From: a virus
Taxonomy: Duplodnaviria; Caudoviricetes
Strand: one strand, 5' to 3'
Length of the DNA: 63,987 nt
Virus record (IMG/VR): IMGVR_UViG_3300047509_000028
Span: 1-63,987 of that record
Positions within the stretch are counted from its first letter, which is position 1. Every line of letters starts with the position of its first letter. Both the position numbers and the translations under genes were made by a program. This document shows positions 47,358 to 57,103 of this stretch, in pieces. A model generated the notes under the pieces. The model did no database searches. It was not told the DNA's origin and saw nothing but the letters and a program-made list of their open reading frames with translations.

Positions 47358-48896
47358 TCAAGCAATCGCGGCAGAATACAGGCTCAGTAGTTGCCCCTGC
47401 AAAGAGGATTTCGTTTGCAGTACTTTATAAATCTGCGACTCAACAGGGTGGCAATAAATATGGTAAATAGATATAGGTCTAGTTTGGTTAGGCCCATCGG
47501 CTCGCGCGTTCGCTTGTTCGTATTGCTCAATAGAAAAGATCGGTGCGTACCAGATAATCACGTCAGCGGCGGATAGGTCCAGGCCGTGAGCAGCTACCTT
47601 TGGGTGAGCTACCAAGACCTGTGGATCGGTCGAAGTCTGAAACCTTGTAAAGATATCATCGCGGTTTGCCTTACTTACATCTCCGTTGACTAGCTCTACT
47701 GTGTGCTTAGCACTTAAATGATTCACAATCATCTGCATAGCAAACTTGAACGGCGCAAAGATAATGACCTTGCCTTCTGCACCCTCTATTAGTTCATCTA
47801 GAATCTCTAGTCGAGACTTCGGGTTTAGAAATACTGCACTACCTGAGTCATCTTTTACTACCCCGCACATGATCTGCTGTAGCTTGATTAACTTCACAGC
47901 CGCGTTCCCTGCGCTTATCTCCACGTCCTCATCTTCATGCCGCATCTTTGCTTTCACCGCATCGAACACACGCTTCTGTTCGTGAGACATGGTACACTGG
48001 CGTTCGTTGTATGTAATCGGCGGTAGGTCTAGACATTCTTCTTTTGTGAACCGTATCGCAGGCTGCATCAGTTCCATGACGCGCTCGGTCGCACCTAGTC
48101 TCGGCACCCACTTGTACGGGCCGCAAGGCCGCATCATAGTTTCCTGAAAGAGCCGGAAGCTAGCCGGGATACTCTCCGGGCAGACAAGCTTAATTAAACC
48201 GTAGGCATCTGTAGGCGCGTTGGGCGCTGGTGTTCCTGTAAGCAGCCACAACCGCGTATCCGCCTGAATTAGGGTCTTTAGTTTCTTGTATCTCTTGTTC
48301 TGCGGATTGCAATACGCCGATGCTTCGTCTACGATAATCAGGTCTGGTTTCCACTTGAGCAGTTCTTCGTTAATAGTAACCACACCATCGAAGTTAATCA
48401 CAGCTATCTCTGTAGCGGATTTCAGTAGCTCGATACGCTTCTCTCGCTTGCCGATTAACGAAGTAACGCTAATATGCGGCGTCGTACCGAAAGCTTCTTT
48501 TGCCCATACGTTCATCACGCTCAGCGGACAGATAACTAGAATTTTTTTGAGGAAGCCTCGTTTCTTTAAGTAATCCGTCGCCCATAAAGCCGCCGACGAT
48601 TTTCCTGTCCGCATGGCATTGAAGCAGAAACACCTACGGTGCAGCGTTAAAAACTCTGCTGTCGTGACTTGGTGCGCCATCGGCGTGTATCTGCCGCTGA
48701 ATGTAAAGCCGTCATAGAGTAACGGACTCGGTGCGTTTAATCCTAAGTTCCGTAGAACCTTCGCGGCTTCTAACGTATGCTTCACCGCGACTAACTGATG
48801 CCCCTTGAAGTGAAGTAGCTTCGCAGTCGGCAACACCGCTAAGACAGGTGCGGAGTCTGCTAGGGACATAAGTAAAGCGCCGTTACGAGCTAACAT
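47358..48896 (-). CDS. SNF2-family helicase
   Basis: MRTGKS, IVDEAS, LTGTP, AHGLDL and QANAR motifs. Confidence 0.9.
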   Translation of the reverse strand: MLARNGALLMSLADSAPVLAVLPTAKLLHFKGHQLVAVKHTLEAAKVLRNLGLNAPSPLLYDGFTFSGRYTPMAHQVTTAEFLTLHRRCFCFNAMRTGKSSAALWATDYLKKRGFLKKILVICPLSVMNVWAKEAFGTTPHISVTSLIGKREKRIELLKSATEIAVINFDGVVTINEELLKWKPDLIIVDEASAYCNPQNKRYKKLKTLIQADTRLWLLTGTPAPNAPTDAYGLIKLVCPESIPASFRLFQETMMRPCGPYKWVPRLGATERVMELMQPAIRFTKEECLDLPPITYNERQCTMSHEQKRVFDAVKAKMRHEDEDVEISAGNAAVKLIKLQQIMCGVVKDDSGSAVFLNPKSRLEILDELIEGAEGKVIIFAPFKFAMQMIVNHLSAKHTVELVNGDVSKANRDDIFTRFQTSTDPQVLVAHPKVAAHGLDLSAADVIIWYAPIFSIEQYEQANARADGPNQTRPISIYHIYCHPVESQIYKVLQTKSSLQGQLLSLYSAAIA

Positions 48897-49194
48897 GAAG
48901 TTCCAGCAAGTACTCGCTTAATTGTCCTACATTTGTTTCGTCTATTACCATATAGATTCCTTTGTGCCTCGTCACTTTAGCTTCCCATGCTTTCTGCATG
49001 TCGGTTTGCTTGTTGTACCCAAATTTTGTTTCTATCTCTACATACATACCTTCGTAACAGCACACAAAATCTGCGACGCCTACCATTCCGAAGGGTCTAG
49101 GCATATGGTAAAGAATCCCTAGTTCTTTCAGAACCTCTTTTACATCTTGCTTAACGTGTTCTTCTTTTTCGTAGGTTCTACGCATCATCGTCAC
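48883..49194 (-). CDS. VRR-NUC nuclease
   Basis: GVADF...EIETK....T..Q motif. Confidence 0.8.
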   Translation of the reverse strand: MTMMRRTYEKEEHVKQDVKEVLKELGILYHMPRPFGMVGVADFVCCYEGMYVEIETKFGYNKQTDMQKAWEAKVTRHKGIYMVIDETNVGQLSEYLLELHVSS

Positions 49195-49549
49195 CGATTC
49201 TCAATTCGGGATGCCCAATCCTACGGCTTACTTCATTATACTTCATTATCGTAGCGCCACCTAAATCTATATTCAGTCTAGCTGCAAGTAAGTCAAGGTA
49301 TATCTGTGTGTCTGCTAATTCTTTAGCCGCATTCTTCGTAAATTCAAATACGTCTATATCTCCACGCTCAAACTTTTTACGAAAGTTAGCGTACTCACCT
49401 AATTCTCCTACTACGGCTTGTAGCCACTGCGAAGGAGTCCAATCGTTTATATCGCCAGTAGGGTGCGCTATATCCCCCTTGCTATTCTTGAATAGCGGTA
49501 GTTTAGCTAAATTAGCTTTGCGTAGTTCTTCAAAGGTCAGATGGTACAT
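49178..49549 (-). CDS. MazG-like nucleotide pyrophosphohydrolase
   Basis: GELGE...KK...KELAD...YL motif. Confidence 0.8.
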   Translation of the reverse strand: MYHLTFEELRKANLAKLPLFKNSKGDIAHPTGDINDWTPSQWLQAVVGELGEYANFRKKFERGDIDVFEFTKNAAKELADTQIYLDLLAARLNIDLGGATIMKYNEVSRRIGHPELRIGDDDA

Positions 49550-49746
49550 TAGATACTTCTCCCCATGTCTTTCATCGCTCTAGCCAAGCGGCGCATAGAT
49601 GCTTCATAATGGCTAAGCACTTGTGGGAAGTCATCGTCTACAGGTGCAGTTTGCCTAAGCCGGTTATTCTGCTTGGTAGCTTCTTCCAGCGCATCCCATT
49701 CTTCCTTGCGCTTACCCATTAAGCCACTAAATTCATCATTAGTCAT
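49549..49746 (-). CDS. hypothetical protein
   Basis: AAGGAG RBS; TAATG coupling. Confidence 0.55.
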   Translation of the reverse strand: MTNDEFSGLMGKRKEEWDALEEATKQNNRLRQTAPVDDDFPQVLSHYEASMRRLARAMKDMGRSI

Positions 49747-49767
49747 AGCTGTGGCTCCTTCTCGTTG

Positions 49768-50067
49768 TTACGCATGTACTACTTCCCACTTCGCAAACAG
49801 ATAATCCGCTTCGTTCTTGTACTTCATGGCGTCCGCCGCAGGCGATCCCGATACTTCTACGTCAAATTGCACGTCGAACGTCACTACGTCATTGAAGTTA
49901 TCTATCGGGCGCTGCGGTCGCAGGTCTTTGTATGTAAAGCGGAGTCCGATGGTACATATCACTTCATCTTGCCATACGTCAACGACGACCTTTTCAGCTT
50001 GATAGCCTAGCCCCTTAAGAGCAAGGGTGATCCGATCTGCGTAGAGATTTGCTGTTGAGATAAACAT
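49768..50067 (-). CDS. hypothetical protein
   Basis: AAGGAG RBS. Confidence 0.6.
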   Translation of the reverse strand: MFISTANLYADRITLALKGLGYQAEKVVVDVWQDEVICTIGLRFTYKDLRPQRPIDNFNDVVTFDVQFDVEVSGSPAADAMKYKNEADYLFAKWEVVHA

Positions 50068-50080
50068 TTACCTACTCCTT

Positions 50081-50386
50081 TTAACCTAACGATAACGTTA
50101 GAGTGTCGCCGTTGCCGCGTAATTCCCTGCTTTCAATAACAACTGGCTCCATTGCCATGATTTGTTCTACCGTAAGAACGGTACTTTCTACTCGGTATAG
50201 CACGCACTCGCCTCTCGTATTAAGCGTAGATATAGTAACCCTAGAAATGGTGGGCATATCTTTTTCCTGCATAGCTACATACTTACAGGTTTGCGCTTTA
50301 AGAATTGCGGCGGGTACGCCAGCTTCCATAAGTAACTGGACTACTTTTACCGCTGCGGTAATTTGTTCTTCGGTGAGCGGTTCCAT
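50081..50386 (-). CDS. hypothetical protein
   Basis: TAATG coupling. Confidence 0.55.
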   Translation of the reverse strand: MEPLTEEQITAAVKVVQLLMEAGVPAAILKAQTCKYVAMQEKDMPTISRVTISTLNTRGECVLYRVESTVLTVEQIMAMEPVVIESRELRGNGDTLTLSLG

Positions 50387-51060
50387 TATCTATTCCTCTT
50401 AGGCTGCCAATATTTGCATGTTTTTACGGCGCAGTACCCGCGACATAACCCACTAGGCTTCTCAGGCCACACATTATTTTCTTCGCTCCATTGCATGTCG
50501 GCTACGCCCTTAGCAAATTGATCCATCGTCTTTGGGATATCCGCTCTTTGGATGATCTTACTCGTTGGCTTACTTGGTTCCTGAAACCATGTAAAAAGCG
50601 TGATGACTTTCTCTACCGCTGGGAATGTAGCGAACACCAGTACTCCCATTAAGTCAAGCTGCAAGGAGGCAGGTTTGCGCTTACCTGTTTTCCAGTCGTT
50701 TGCTAATGCAGCATGTCCGTTAACTTTGATTAAGTCCCCGATACCACGACACCAAGCGTTCGGATCGTTAAATTCTACGGGTATTAGGTTCACGTCTACT
50801 GCTAATTCCAACTCTACATACGTATCTCCAGGCGCTCCGATAATGCGATCTGCTACATGTTTGAAACGATCCATGCTATGCGGCAGTTCTGCACCTGTTA
50901 AGGCTCTTTGTTCTAAGGCGGAATGGACTTCCTTGCCCCATACGGTATGTACCGTAGGTTCCTCTACGAAGTTCTGCGCAATCTTCGTTTCGTAAAACTG
51001 CCGTGGGCAAGTCTGGTAGTGATTGTAGCTACTAAAGCTCCACGGTATAACAGACTTCAC
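50386..51060 (-). CDS. Cas4/RecB-like PD-(D/E)xK exonuclease
   Basis: WSFSS...CPRQ, G..VH, D.....DWKTGK, QL, C-terminal C...C....C. Confidence 0.85.
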   Translation of the reverse strand: MKSVIPWSFSSYNHYQTCPRQFYETKIAQNFVEEPTVHTVWGKEVHSALEQRALTGAELPHSMDRFKHVADRIIGAPGDTYVELELAVDVNLIPVEFNDPNAWCRGIGDLIKVNGHAALANDWKTGKRKPASLQLDLMGVLVFATFPAVEKVITLFTWFQEPSKPTSKIIQRADIPKTMDQFAKGVADMQWSEENNVWPEKPSGLCRGYCAVKTCKYWQPKRNR

Positions 51061-51467
51061 TGGACTTTCCTAAGCCGCAAAGCCTGCCAAATCAAGTTCT
51101 GTGCGATACGCTGGACGCAGTACGCCTCTAGTTCATGGCACGGAGCTTTCTCGTTAATCTCTATTACGTACTGCTGCCAAATATGCGTTGCTTCGTGCGT
51201 AAGCAAACCGCACATCTGCGCGATGGATACTTCTAGTAAATGCTTTCTAGGGCAGAATACGATACATAAAGTCTCGCCTTCTGAGTTTTCTAGAATATGT
51301 AACGTGGAGTTTGCTTTTTTCGTAGCCAACGGTTCTACGTACTCTTTTACGTTAAGGCGTTTAAGCTCCGCATGGAACGTCTTTTCATCCCATATCAAGC
51401 AATGGTGCGGCAATGGTAGCATTCCATCCCGGCGTAGCCAGTTAATCTTGTGCATTCTTTTCTCCAT
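51057..51467 (-). CDS. hypothetical protein with HExxH motif
   Basis: LTHEATH...ELEAY. Confidence 0.6.
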   Translation of the reverse strand: MEKRMHKINWLRRDGMLPLPHHCLIWDEKTFHAELKRLNVKEYVEPLATKKANSTLHILENSEGETLCIVFCPRKHLLEVSIAQMCGLLTHEATHIWQQYVIEINEKAPCHELEAYCVQRIAQNLIWQALRLRKVQ

Positions 51468-51636
51468 GCTTTTCTAAGCAATCTTCACTCACGCAGCGGC
51501 CTTCATGGTCTACCTGTACTGCTCCGCACCCTTCGCAGAGTACGACAACTAAATACCCCGGATCGCATAATCCGCGCATGTCACCGTAATCCTGCCCAAA
51601 GACTTTCTCGCTGCACTGCCTGCAAAAATCCGCCAT
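51442..51636 (-). CDS. small Cys-rich (zinc-binding) protein
   Basis: CRQC, CEGC and further Cys residues; TAATG coupling. Confidence 0.6.
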   Translation of the reverse strand: MADFCRQCSEKVFGQDYGDMRGLCDPGYLVVVLCEGCGAVQVDHEGRCVSEDCLEKHGEKNAQD

Positions 51637-51986
51637 TAGCCTACGCCTCTCGGCGGTAGGTCACTACCCGCCATATCATTCCGCCACAGGTCACTGTTCA
51701 GCCCCATAGCTAACCGCGTTTGCAACATCACTAGCACACCCATTGCCTCTACCGGCGTTTCAGTATTCGATACAAGGAAACTCAATACCTGATTCCCTAT
51801 GTCATAGGTATGTGCGGCTTTTGCTTGTCGCCTAGCATTCGCTTCATCTTCCGGCGACAACGGCGGCATGATTGGTACGACGTTGGGCTTTCCTGTACCG
51901 TTCGCTTTTTCTCCGTCGGGTTTATTTTCTCCGTCGGGTTTAATGACGTGCTTCTCTGGCGGCATAACGATCTTGGAATCACTCAC
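51636..51986 (-). CDS. hypothetical protein
   Basis: AAAGGAG RBS with GTG start; internal 18-bp duplication at 51907-51942. Confidence 0.6.
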   Translation of the reverse strand: MSDSKIVMPPEKHVIKPDGENKPDGEKANGTGKPNVVPIMPPLSPEDEANARRQAKAAHTYDIGNQVLSFLVSNTETPVEAMGVLVMLQTRLAMGLNSDLWRNDMAGSDLPPRGVG

Positions 51987-52073
51987 TTCGTTTCTCCTTT
52001 GCCTATGTAATATCCGATGACGGCCCTACTAATAGCCAACCTACGTAAAAGCATAATGTCGAAAAGCTAACCA

Positions 52074-52967
52074 TTACATATCTCTCCTATCTCGAAAACC
52101 TAGAAACACTGGAAAACGCGGAGCGTTCTTAACTCCTACTGGAAAGTGCTTGTACTTTACTATTTTCCCAACGAGGTATTTACGGCCTTCCCATAAGTTC
52201 GCTCTTTGCTCTGCGGAGAATCCCGTGCCAATTGAGAATTCAACTCCGCTAACCAAGTCTCTAACGGACAAAGCGCCGAGTGTGCCTGCTTGAGTCTTAC
52301 CTGCTTGGTGACTACTACGCTTGGTAAAACCGCGTTCATCTGTTGTCGCTTCATTGGTATTCGTCTCCTGTTCAATAGTATCAAGCACGATAGCTTCTCC
52401 ATCTTCAAACCGTTTTACTTTTAGCAAGTAGCCTTCTTTTAAGGTACTGCGGTTCTGCTTATACGGCCCGTTCGGATCGCGGAGCATGATGCCTTCGTAG
52501 CCTAAGCCTACGCTTTCTTCTTCAAAAGCTTTAAGTTCGTTGAGATTGTCGATGCGGCGTTGCGGCACCCACACCATCGGCGTACCCGCCTGCGCATTAA
52601 CTGTCGCGGCTAGTCTAGCTACCTGCGCTCGCGCATGGAATGGGCCGGGTTCGTCCCACTTGTCAAAGATATACCACTTCACGTCCGGTTCGTCGCCTAC
52701 GGACATAACCCCGCTCGTCGTTTGCTGCATTAGGTTTTTATCGTACGCATTACCTACGACTAGTTCGCCGTCTAAGCCATGAAAGCGCGGGCCTCCGAAG
52801 CAACATGCAGTGTAGTCGTTTGGTATTTCCTTCATACTCCTGCTTAGAAGCCTGCCTTTTACATTCGTCGCCCTGATCCCATCAATCTTTACGCTCGCTA
52901 GCAGCGGGTACTTGAGCGTAGCTAAATCTTTTACTGCTGTGGCTAACATGACGCGCTTAAGTTCCAT
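52074..52967 (-). CDS. ATP-dependent DNA ligase
   Basis: KIDG, LDGEL, IFD, EGIMLR, LLKVK, GTGF and PRFP motifs. Confidence 0.92.
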   Translation of the reverse strand: MELKRVMLATAVKDLATLKYPLLASVKIDGIRATNVKGRLLSRSMKEIPNDYTACCFGGPRFHGLDGELVVGNAYDKNLMQQTTSGVMSVGDEPDVKWYIFDKWDEPGPFHARAQVARLAATVNAQAGTPMVWVPQRRIDNLNELKAFEEESVGLGYEGIMLRDPNGPYKQNRSTLKEGYLLKVKRFEDGEAIVLDTIEQETNTNEATTDERGFTKRSSHQAGKTQAGTLGALSVRDLVSGVEFSIGTGFSAEQRANLWEGRKYLVGKIVKYKHFPVGVKNAPRFPVFLGFRDRRDM

Positions 52968-52969
52968 AA

Positions 52970-53251
52970 CTATCTCCTTCCTTTGGTTGATTTCATCTTG
53001 CTCTCAAACCTGTTTGTTAACTCAAAATAAATCCGTTGTCCCAAGTGCTTCAAGTCTGCTGTGTCCTCGTCAAAGTACCCTTCGGAATAACACGTATTAG
53101 CAAACTCCGTACCGCCTTCGTCCAGTTTGAACGTAAACAACACGCGCTCACTGTTGAGCGGCTGTCGCTGCATGGATATCACCTGCCCCTTGCACGCCTT
53201 CTGTAAAGCACAGCAGATGGTAAGCACTCTGTTAAGTGTGGCGTCGTCCAT
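52970..53251 (-). CDS. hypothetical protein
   Basis: TAATG coupling. Confidence 0.55.
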   Translation of the reverse strand: MDDATLNRVLTICCALQKACKGQVISMQRQPLNSERVLFTFKLDEGGTEFANTCYSEGYFDEDTADLKHLGQRIYFELTNRFESKMKSTKGRR

Positions 53252-53535
53252 TAACTAACGCCTGTAAGCAGCAACTTGAAATCTTTAAAGATTCTTGTAG
53301 CCTTCTCGTTAATATTCTCTTTCGTGGCGCTCAAAAAGAATTCATCGCTATACGCCGTAGTCAATTCTCGACTGCTTGCAGAGATACCCTCTGGTCGCAT
53401 GGCAATCTCTATGTACCCCGTGTCGCCACTCTCGTATCTGCGTACGTAGGGCTTGTGCTTGGGTAGTTTCTTCGCTACCGCCGCTGCCATTCGCTCTGCA
53501 ATGGTCATTGCTTTAGTACTCTGTTCTTCGGTCAC
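53251..53535 (-). CDS. hypothetical protein
   Basis: GTGA coupling. Confidence 0.55.
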   Translation of the reverse strand: MTEEQSTKAMTIAERMAAAVAKKLPKHKPYVRRYESGDTGYIEIAMRPEGISASSRELTTAYSDEFFLSATKENINEKATRIFKDFKLLLTGVS

Positions 53536-53747
53536 TTCGTATCTCCCTCTAGTTTCGCAATGCGTTCTTCTAGTTCGGCTATGCGTCGGTACGCCACTAA
53601 CAGATAACTCCCAAGATTGCTAGTACGCCACAACACAAAAGATATTATCTGTTCTATAGTTTGTTCGCAACTATTAAACTGCTCTACCGATTCGTCATCG
53701 GCACACTTGAATTTTTCCGCTACTTCCTTTGTAGTTGGTGTCGTCAT
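53532..53747 (-). CDS. hypothetical protein
   Basis: AAGGAG RBS. Confidence 0.55.
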   Translation of the reverse strand: MTTPTTKEVAEKFKCADDESVEQFNSCEQTIEQIISFVLWRTSNLGSYLLVAYRRIAELEERIAKLEGDTK

Positions 53748-53758
53748 GTTACACTCCC

Positions 53759-53977
53759 TTAAAGTTTATACCACTTTTCTACGTAACTCGGCCCTTCTAC
53801 AGAACCGTCGGGGTACAATATACACCTACCCGACGCAGGTAAACGCCATCTATAGCACTTATACACGCCTAGCACTAAACTTACGGTAGGTTTAGCCCAT
53901 CGCTTAGTTTCTTCGCCGTCGTGATCTATAAGTACGATGCGTCTACGGCCTAGTAATTCAGCTATTCTATTTAGCAT
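53759..53977 (-). CDS. hypothetical protein
   Basis: Overlaps the end of the Pol C-terminal gene; fills the operon. Confidence 0.5.
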   Translation of the reverse strand: MLNRIAELLGRRRIVLIDHDGEETKRWAKPTVSLVLGVYKCYRWRLPASGRCILYPDGSVEGPSYVEKWYKL

Positions 53978-54287
53978 CGCCGTACCTTATAGCCGTACTG
54001 CACTCTACGCCTAGCGGTAGCCCCGGTAAATAATCTGGTGTCGTAGACATAATCCCTATTGCTGCGTCAAGGTACAAATCTTCTTCGTTCTCTGGTACTA
54101 ACGAAACCATTTCATCGTACGTCGTCATTACGACCGGGTAGAGCTTATTTAACTTCGCCTTATGCTGCTTCAAAATAATAGCGCTCACTGCTTGGCAGCA
54201 GTTAGATACCAGAAGGGGTTGGCCGTCTGTGCCGCGCACAGTGAACCTATGGTTTGGGCCTGTATTACGTATGTCGTAGACTTTCAT
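53967..54287 (-). CDS. DNA polymerase A C-terminal fragment fused to split-intein C part (IntC 29 aa plus 77-aa extein)
   Basis: MKVYDI...HRF...LLVSN|C intein blocks F/G, then CCQAVSA...YDEMV...LPLGVE...RYG PolA motif C and end. Confidence 0.88.
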   Translation of the reverse strand: MKVYDIRNTGPNHRFTVRGTDGQPLLVSNCCQAVSAIILKQHKAKLNKLYPVVMTTYDEMVSLVPENEEDLYLDAAIGIMSTTPDYLPGLPLGVECSTAIRYGDAK

Positions 54288-54958
54288 TCTAATCGGTTCC
54301 TTACATCGGGTTCTATGAATAATTTATCTTCGGGCCATCCTGCCATGATGCGGTAACTTAGGGTGGTATGGTTAATTCCATATTCCGTAGCTGCGTCGCT
54401 AAGTAGCATTCTACCTTTAGGAGTATTGACCCATACATTGCTTCGTGTGTTCCCGGTCTGTATCTTTCTTGATACCCAACGACAGTTATTCTTGTTATAG
54501 TTACCGTTATTATCTTCTCTATCTAACGTAAGTCCGGGCATGTACTTTTCTGCCATATCCTCCCAAAAAGCCTCAAAAGTACTCCATCTTTCGCAAACAG
54601 AAATGCCTCTTGCGCCGTAATTAGCGTAAGCTTGGTGGGTAGGCAGACGACACCTATCCTGCATAGATCGCCAAACTGCATACGCAGGATGGTGGGACAT
54701 ACCATGTGTTTTATTACTATCCGATATACCTTGTTTGAGATTGCACCCACAAGATTTTATCTTGCCTTTCGTTAGTTCAGTTCCCGCCATTATCTTTTCT
54801 ACGCCGCAGTCGCAGCGTATAAGCCATTGCGATTTACCTTTACCCGAACCGGCGTAACTAATCGCTTCTAACATGCCGCTACGGAAGCCGGTAATGTCTT
54901 TGGTAAGACGCCGCTGCTTCCTCATAGGTGGTGGTATTGGCTTCTGTCCACTGTTCAT
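54284..54958 (-). CDS. free-standing HNH-family homing endonuclease
   Basis: CDCG..KSCGC, W..M..RC, NYGARGI.VCERW, LTLDR.DNNGNY...NCRW motifs; different frame from both Pol fragments. Confidence 0.85.
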   Translation of the reverse strand: MNSGQKPIPPPMRKQRRLTKDITGFRSGMLEAISYAGSGKGKSQWLIRCDCGVEKIMAGTELTKGKIKSCGCNLKQGISDSNKTHGMSHHPAYAVWRSMQDRCRLPTHQAYANYGARGISVCERWSTFEAFWEDMAEKYMPGLTLDREDNNGNYNKNNCRWVSRKIQTGNTRSNVWVNTPKGRMLLSDAATEYGINHTTLSYRIMAGWPEDKLFIEPDVRNRLE

Positions 54959-56828
54959 TGATATCTACCTTATGTTCTGGCGTTATCGAAATACCGCCGA
55001 AGTCTATCGTGTCTTGCTCGCCTTGTTCGATTACCCCATCGTGGGGAACCCAAGCGCAGCCGTCCCACAGCAAATCTTCGGGGGAGACTTCGATGATACG
55101 CTTCCAACCGTTCAGAGTCAAGACCTCCGTTTCGGAGCCTATGCAGTTTTCTATGATTTTACCGCCAAAGAGCTTAACAGGTTTAGCGCCATCCAAGTAC
55201 GTCATCCGTCCTTCTACATCTTTCGCTAAGCCGGGATATTTGACGCACAGCCCGCCCGGAAGCAATATCGCAGGCATATCAAACAAGGGATCGTGCGTCG
55301 TAATGACTAAGCTATGGCTTTGCGTCGAAGTCGCTATCGGCAGTTCTACGTCATGCCGTTCATCCAGCATCGCAGTCACCGCCGTATTCGCCTGTCTCCA
55401 AAGCTTCGTCACACCCTTAAAAGTATTTCTATACAGCCGCACAATGCTATTAGCGAATTGTTCATCGACGCCGTTAATTCCGTTCGCCTTGCAGTATTCA
55501 ATGAAGCGTGCTGCACCCATTCCATAGCCTAGTCCAAGTAAGCCTGACTTAGCAATCTGTCGCTCTAAAGGATGCGTTTGTTTAGTGATCTCTACCCCGT
55601 AAATCTTCGACCCGAACCAGCCGTAGATATCTTGGCCCTGTCGCATTAACTCTAGTGCCTTTGCTTCCTCTCCATCTGGCCCGGTAATCTGCATACCCAT
55701 CCACAGCACGAGCCTGCATTCGATCTGCATGTAGTCGGCTACACCGAGGACGTACCCTTCGGGTGCGTAGATTGCCCTGCGCAGCGTTCCGCCGCGTTTG
55801 AGGTTCATGGGGTTGCCCCCGCCGCCCTTGTTGCCGCTGTAGCGCTGCGTAACCTGTGCGCCCGCGTAGTTATAGCCTACAGGCCACGCGCCCCGGCCCG
55901 CCGCGTCCCGGTACAGGATCGCGCGGGTTTCTTCAATCGTGCTTTTCACTTCCAGTCTCGCGGCGACTAACGCCTGCACATCTGGATCGTCGTGTTCTAG
56001 CAAAGCTTTATGTTCTTCGTCCGTCTTGGCAAAGGCGTAGGTGACTTTACCCTTTGCGTTAATCTTCGTTGGCGGCGTCACGCTTAATGCTTCCAGTGCC
56101 TCTGCGTACTTATTGTTCGACATAAGTAAATCACGCGAAGTAAGCCCCGCATTATTCAATGCGTCGATCTTATTTTGCTTTACTTCTTGTATGTACTGAT
56201 CTAGTAGTTCTGCGTCTAGGAAAAGCTGCGGGTTCGTGAATGCTCTAATTGTCCAATCCAACGATGATAGTTCTTCTTTCGGGAAGTGCGGTAAGAGCTT
56301 CTTCGCAATCGCGTTCGTGAGTACTACGTCCCCAGCTTCTAGCATTCCTTTACTTTCGTTCCAGCGTGGCTCACCAACGGTGTAGTCGGCTAAGCGTTCT
56401 TCAATCCACGCTGGTAAGTCTCTGTGATTGTACGCCTTTGATAAGTCATCCATCTTAGTCATGCCGCACAGTTTCTCTGCGACGTACTTAAGACCGTGGC
56501 GCGCTAGGTGCGGGCCTATAAGCGCTCTACTTAATCCTAGCGTGTCGATGTAAAGCTTGGGATAGATGCCGTAGTGCCATGCTAAAATAGCTCCGTCGAA
56601 TTGCAAGTTATGGCCTACTAAAGCGCATTCGTTCCAATCGAATCTAGCTAACGCGGCTTCTACATTCCTGTGGCTTACCCATTTCGCAGGCCCAAAGTTT
56701 AGGCTTACACCGAAGCCGTGGCACTTAAAGCGCGGGTCACGGATATATTTCTCCGTCGTCATGTCTTTGTTTGAAAGACTATAACCGTCACCGTAAAAAG
56801 TTTCTGCGTCGAGTGTGATTAACTTCAC
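54879..56828 (-). CDS. DNA polymerase A N-terminal fragment (561 aa) fused to split-intein N part (88 aa, from Cys codon 55145)
   Basis: Exo LDAET and GHNLQFD; motif A ADYMQIECR; motif B RQIAKSGLLGLGYG; GGKIIEN|CIGSETEVLTLNGW block A; ITPEH block B. Confidence 0.9.
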   Translation of the reverse strand: MKLITLDAETFYGDGYSLSNKDMTTEKYIRDPRFKCHGFGVSLNFGPAKWVSHRNVEAALARFDWNECALVGHNLQFDGAILAWHYGIYPKLYIDTLGLSRALIGPHLARHGLKYVAEKLCGMTKMDDLSKAYNHRDLPAWIEERLADYTVGEPRWNESKGMLEAGDVVLTNAIAKKLLPHFPKEELSSLDWTIRAFTNPQLFLDAELLDQYIQEVKQNKIDALNNAGLTSRDLLMSNNKYAEALEALSVTPPTKINAKGKVTYAFAKTDEEHKALLEHDDPDVQALVAARLEVKSTIEETRAILYRDAAGRGAWPVGYNYAGAQVTQRYSGNKGGGGNPMNLKRGGTLRRAIYAPEGYVLGVADYMQIECRLVLWMGMQITGPDGEEAKALELMRQGQDIYGWFGSKIYGVEITKQTHPLERQIAKSGLLGLGYGMGAARFIEYCKANGINGVDEQFANSIVRLYRNTFKGVTKLWRQANTAVTAMLDERHDVELPIATSTQSHSLVITTHDPLFDMPAILLPGGLCVKYPGLAKDVEGRMTYLDGAKPVKLFGGKIIENCIGSETEVLTLNGWKRIIEVSPEDLLWDGCAWVPHDGVIEQGEQDTIDFGGISITPEHKVDINEQWTEANTTTYEEAAASYQRHYRLP

Positions 56829-57103
56829 TGATGCTCCTTCATAAACTCGTCACTAACTAACATAGGAATCATTACGCAGTCCATGTGGGCCGGGGCATGG
56901 GCTTTGCAACTCTGATACCGCATCACGACTTGCTCCGGTGTCTGCTGTAAACCAAACGGCCCCGGCATAGGCGCAGCCGGTACAAACTTCTGTAAACCTA
57001 TGCCGAGTAACACGGCGAGCAATAACGCTGTAAAAACAAGCGCGATCCACGCCAACGTCATGTTAGGCTTTGGGTAATCTTTGTATTCATCTTGCAGTTT
57101 CAT
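56825..57103 (-). CDS. single-TM membrane protein
   Basis: Hydrophobic helix; AAGGAG RBS. Confidence 0.55.
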   Translation of the reverse strand: MKLQDEYKDYPKPNMTLAWIALVFTALLLAVLLGIGLQKFVPAAPMPGPFGLQQTPEQVVMRYQSCKAHAPAHMDCVMIPMLVSDEFMKEHQ

